The position numbers and the translations under genes are program-made. Of a stretch of DNA of 11,161 nt, positions 7,220 through 11,161 are shown one piece after another. Within the stretch, counting starts at the first letter, position 1. Each line of letters opens with the position of its first letter. The stretch is from positions 1-11,161 of the forward strand of contig JBHGNT010001183.1 of the NCBI GenBank assembly GCA_043228905.1, written 5' to 3'. The DNA is from Azolla caroliniana. Its lineage: Eukaryota > Plantae > Polypodiophyta. The notes beneath the pieces were generated by a model. It was not told the DNA's origin. It ran no database searches and saw only the letters and a list, made by a program, of their open reading frames with translations.

Positions 7220-7970
7220 CATATGTAAACAAAATGCGTGAATGGTTTACACAAATGTTTTGTCCCAAAAGAATTGCATGGGGGGCTTTACATGAAAACG
7301 TTTTGCAAACCATTTATGGAAATATATTTGTGGAACACATTTTTTTTATTTATTAAAGATTTTCTTCAATAGTATTAAGAAGAAAACGCCTGAAGGCTAC
7401 AACTTGAACCTAGCTACCAAGAAGGTTACAACTTTCTTTATACAATGATATAAAATACAAGGATGTTTACATTTGTTGATATTCAAAGAGTCCATGGAAG
7501 TCGATATTGCCATTGAGGCTCTTGAGCTACCATTGTAAATCGGGGCACCTTTTTCCATAAGTGAAACACATTTTGTGAGGGCATTTTGCAAAATCCTTTC
7601 AAGTTGACCTTTCCTTGTAATTTCTACCTTTGGATAATCTACCATGATGTCACAGGGGAAAGCACCATGGACTAGCATGCTCAAATTTAAACCTACACTA
7701 TAATCAATTTGGTGAAACGAAAAATGAGAAAAATAAGGCTTATGGAGGTTAGTTAACAATTGTAGTTGAATCATAAATGGACCTAAACAAAATCCAACAC
7801 TCAAACACCATGTTCACACACGTACCATTACATAATAATTCGACACACGATGCCCACACCGTGAAGCAAAGATCATTAGACATCCTTGAAGAACTCGAGA
7901 TTGTCGAGAAAGAGATAGAAGTTTTGTTTAGCCAATATTTCAAGGGATGGGGTTTGACCACCATGATTGG

Positions 7971-8024
7971 TGAAATAACAATATTTGTAGTGGAACGTTG
8001 AAATAACAATATTTGTAGTGGAAC
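7971..8024. repeat. Perfect 26-bp tandem duplication
   Basis: TGAAATAACAATATTTGTAGTGGAAC at 7971-7996 and 7999-8024, separated by GT. Confidence 0.95.
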
Positions 8025-9459
8025 AAATCATATGGGCTTACGAGCCCATTATAAATATGACAATGATGATTGCCTTCGTGTTCACCCTTGATGACCAAGC
8101 CCAAAATTTTGATTATGCACCTTCGCCCAAGAGACATTAAATGATTTTTTGTATATCAATAGGAGTTCTTAAATAACTTCACTAGTCAAGGTAGTAAGTG
8201 GAATCCGATTGATCAATTATTCTCACTCATGCAAGAGATAAAGAAATGGTATGAGACTACATCTAATGTACCAAAAGCTTTGACAACCAAATGTGAACCT
8301 AAGACAAAATGTTAGACAACAAATCAATGAGTAGGTTCATTAATGTATGAGTCCTTTGATGAAGCTTGTCCAATAGTAATTGTCAAGGCCATAACCAAGA
8401 AAAAGATCCAATGATAGAAAAGAAGAGGAGAATTTAATTATATTAACAAGAACAACAAGGTTAAAAGAATATGCTAGAGATTAGTGTTAAACTTGACTCG
8501 TTCATCAATGATTAAAGAGAAACACATACATAAATAGAAAAGAGAAGTAAAAGAGAAAAAATATCCAAAAAGAAAATACAAAGTCAACACGTGAAAAAAG
8601 GCAAACACATACATAAAACAAGCTTCAAGTTCACCTCTTAAGTCTCTAGTTAACAACTCAAGAGTTAACTAGCATGCTAGGGCTTCGCCTAGTACACCAA
8701 CATATATGCCGTCTTTGCTCAAAAAATCGCCTTCATAGAAAGAGCATGTTCTCAAAGATAGGAAAATTCCACTTATAAAAAATCAAATTCATGGTGAGTT
8801 AAGCATGCTATTATATCAAAATACACTAAAATGAGCTTAGTAGAGGTTTCAAGATCGATAAATAAAATAAAAAACTCATTGTTGGGTTACGAAATCACCT
8901 CTTGAAGCATGCTGTAAGCATTCCACTCATTTCCATACCCATCTCATGCATCTATGAAAACTTCTCCACTAATGAATTCTTATCAATAATATTCTATCAC
9001 AAATACTGTCACTATTATAGTAGCAAAACGTCTATTAACGAACTCTTTAATAAGCATAAGAATATGACAAAGATAACACACAATCTAGCCTAAATCATAA
9101 AGCTTTTTACACTTACTTTAAATGGTTTGAAGTAGTTCAAGACTTTAGTTTGAAACTCAATAGAATTTCTTTTAGCAACATATAATGAATTGTAGATTGG
9201 CTTTATTGAATTAGATAATGAAAGGATACTCCCAAGCATTTGAGATTTTGTGCATTGGATTCTACTAGCGAAGAAAAACTAGATTTCTTATAATATACTC
9301 TAACTTAAATTAAAGTTCTATATGAATGGATACAACCTAAGCCATCATACTAATGTTCATTCAAAAATTATAGACGTAACCAAATGCAAATATTGTCACA
9401 ATAACCCTTATCAAAGGTTAATAGTTTCACCTATATAGTCATTGCTTATTTAACATTAT

Positions 9460-9858
9460 AACAATGATGTCCTTTTTGGCATATTTGGAAGGCTCGGTGT
9501 TTGAAGATATTTCAAAATGTGACTGAAAGACCTGCCAAATCATTTTTAAGTTTTGGACAAAGATTTTACATAATCTCAGTGGTGCTTTGGATAATATAAA
9601 AGGTAATACACAACAGGCGGAGCTCAAGCGATCAGAGTTTCATGCCACTTGGGGTAGAGGCATATTTTATAGACGGGTTTTTAATAAGGTGGAGTGGTTC
9701 CACTCTACACCAAAGTATTTATTTAAGTGGACAGTTAGATTTTAGAAAAAAGGGGCTCATTATTGAAATGTACATCTTGTATGTATCGCCTTAGGGCATT
9801 TTCTTAATACTAATGTATTATCTATTTTTATGTAAAAAAAACAATGATGTCCTTTTTG
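9460..9858. repeat. Dispersed 19-bp direct repeat, 380 bp apart
   Basis: AACAATGATGTCCTTTTTG at 9460-9478 and 9840-9858; each is followed shortly by TTTGGAA. Confidence 0.85.
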
Positions 9859-10940
9859 CACTTTGGAAATTCATAAGGTGCATAGGCATTGTTTTTGTAC
9901 CCTATTACAATATTGAACTCTTTCTCTCTATTGTCCTACATCTCCACAACATAGGAGGTGTGATGTCCTCCACAAATACTTAACATACCTTTGACCTTCA
10001 TTTTTCTTAGTTCACGCTCTTGAGTCTTCACAACTCTCATTTTATAAGGTCTTGAAGCTCAAATTTGGTTAAAGTATGTCTCTAAATGTCTTCCTTATAT
10101 GAAGTTTGAATATGATTATCCACTATAACAATAGTGAGAACATGGCCCCTCATTGCCATGATTAACCATAAAAATGAGGTTGCAAGTATATATTGCAACT
10201 TGTTTACTAAAAATAAAAGAGTGACTGCATAACTATAATTCAATGCAAAATTGATATTTACTTCCTTTCTATAATTACATGTAGGGTTGTAAATTGACTA
10301 ACATTTTTGTGTTTTCTGCCTCAAAATGGTAGGTTCTTGACCGTTGAATATAGTTAGACAACCACTAGGGTAAATAATACAATATATAATTTATTTGTTT
10401 TTAAATACTTTAATTCATTTAGATCATTAATGAGAACTAAACCAAAAATTGATCTTCTCATTAGTTGATCCCACAGAACACATTTTCTTCATATGGCAAA
10501 TTTTTATACGTAAGTTTACCTTTTTCCAATGAAGGATGCCTTCAATATAGGAATGTCAAACTGCATGGCAAATGTTTATAATTAAATATAAAATAAAGGG
10601 CATTTGAAGTTGGAAACCGTCACAAAAAAATAATCTCACGAAGGGCAAATGTGACCTTCAACATTGTCGTGATGTGGCATGTCTAGTGCGAGAAAAAGTA
10701 AAAAATTGAGGATCCACACACATTTCACGAATACTTGTAAAAATGAAAATAAATTATAAATAAATAAACCTAGGTCACAATGGCATTGAGTGCATGTAGA
10801 GGGCTGCAAGTAAGATTTGAGACCTTGCACCTCTAAGATAAGAGACAATTACCTTACCACTGAAGCTACTACTAAGTGATTTAGATTTTCTATATTTCTT
10901 TCTCATATTCAGTATTCCGTAGGAAACAAACGTACAAACC

Positions 10941-11033
10941 TGTGTACACAAAACCATGCCCATGGTTTTCTGCATGTCACGAAGCAAAACTATGTGCATA
11001 GAAACCATGGCTCCAAGCACATGGTTTTGTGCA
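10941..11033. repeat. Cluster of alternating inverted ~14-bp units (consensus TGCACAAAACCATG)
   Basis: Units at 10945-10958 (+), 10961-10974 (-), 10995-11009 (+), 11020-11033 (-). Perfect stem AAAACCATG-cc-CATGGTTTT at 10950-10969; palindrome TGTGTACACA at 10941-10950. Confidence 0.8.
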
Positions 11034-11161
11034 TGGACAAACCTATAAAACCCCTAGTACGGGTTGTGTAAAGGAGGGGCTCAATATGTGATATCATTAT
11101 CCTCACCATCAATATAATCTTGTTCTTAATATTCTTCTTGAAATCTGTCTTCTTCTTGAGT

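Larger units (their letters stand above)
7220..11161. other. AT-rich non-coding or highly decayed sequence
   Basis: Sharp drop in GC content at ~7220 (visual). Only short ORFs (up to 135 aa), none with a recognisable motif. Confidence 0.6.

Noticed and set aside
7971-8024. CRISPR-like repeat (26 bp ending GGAAC)
   Set aside because: Only two copies with a 2-bp gap, no spacers, no cas genes, and a eukaryotic context.
8032-8049. Hairpin as a Helitron end or intrinsic terminator
   Set aside because: No CTRR at a suitable distance on either strand, no U-tract, and not a prokaryotic context.
7397-11020. Short ORFs in the AT-rich region as host genes or exons
   Set aside because: 60-135 aa with no recognisable motifs and no consistent strand or exon chain. 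Small exons cannot be fully excluded without transcript data.
11047-11057. Telo-box/telomere motif
   Set aside because: The sequence is AAAACCCCTAG (four Cs), not AAACCCTA, and occurs once.

Overview
Eukaryotic, non-genic DNA. Bases 1-7219 are a nest of four LTR-retrotransposon pieces; 7220-11161 is AT-rich sequence with no convincing gene. A bryophyte/moss-like plant origin is an inference from the element types and the C-to-T decay pattern. (A) 1-3639 (+): 3' half of a non-chromovirus Ty3/Gypsy element (RT-RNaseH-integrase pseudogene, PPT, 651-bp 3' LTR). (B) 3640-4868 (-): older, decayed chromovirus/Tcn1-like Gypsy RNaseH-integrase fragment, cut on the left by A and on the right by C. (C) 4869-7219 (-): 5'-truncated Ty1/Copia element (RT end, RNase H, PPT, ~396-bp 3' LTR). 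(D) 6252-6904 (-): 653-bp solo LTR related to A's LTR, inserted in C's RT with a 4-bp ACGT target-site duplication. The most unusual observation is that C's pol frame continues 169 codons past RNase H (acidic, then Arg/Gly/Lys-rich, one internal TAA) through the PPT into the LTR, with relic PPT-like tracts at the start of the extension. The A/D family also appears to make 4-bp, CpG-centred TSDs. All alignments and translations were done by eye; no database search was possible.
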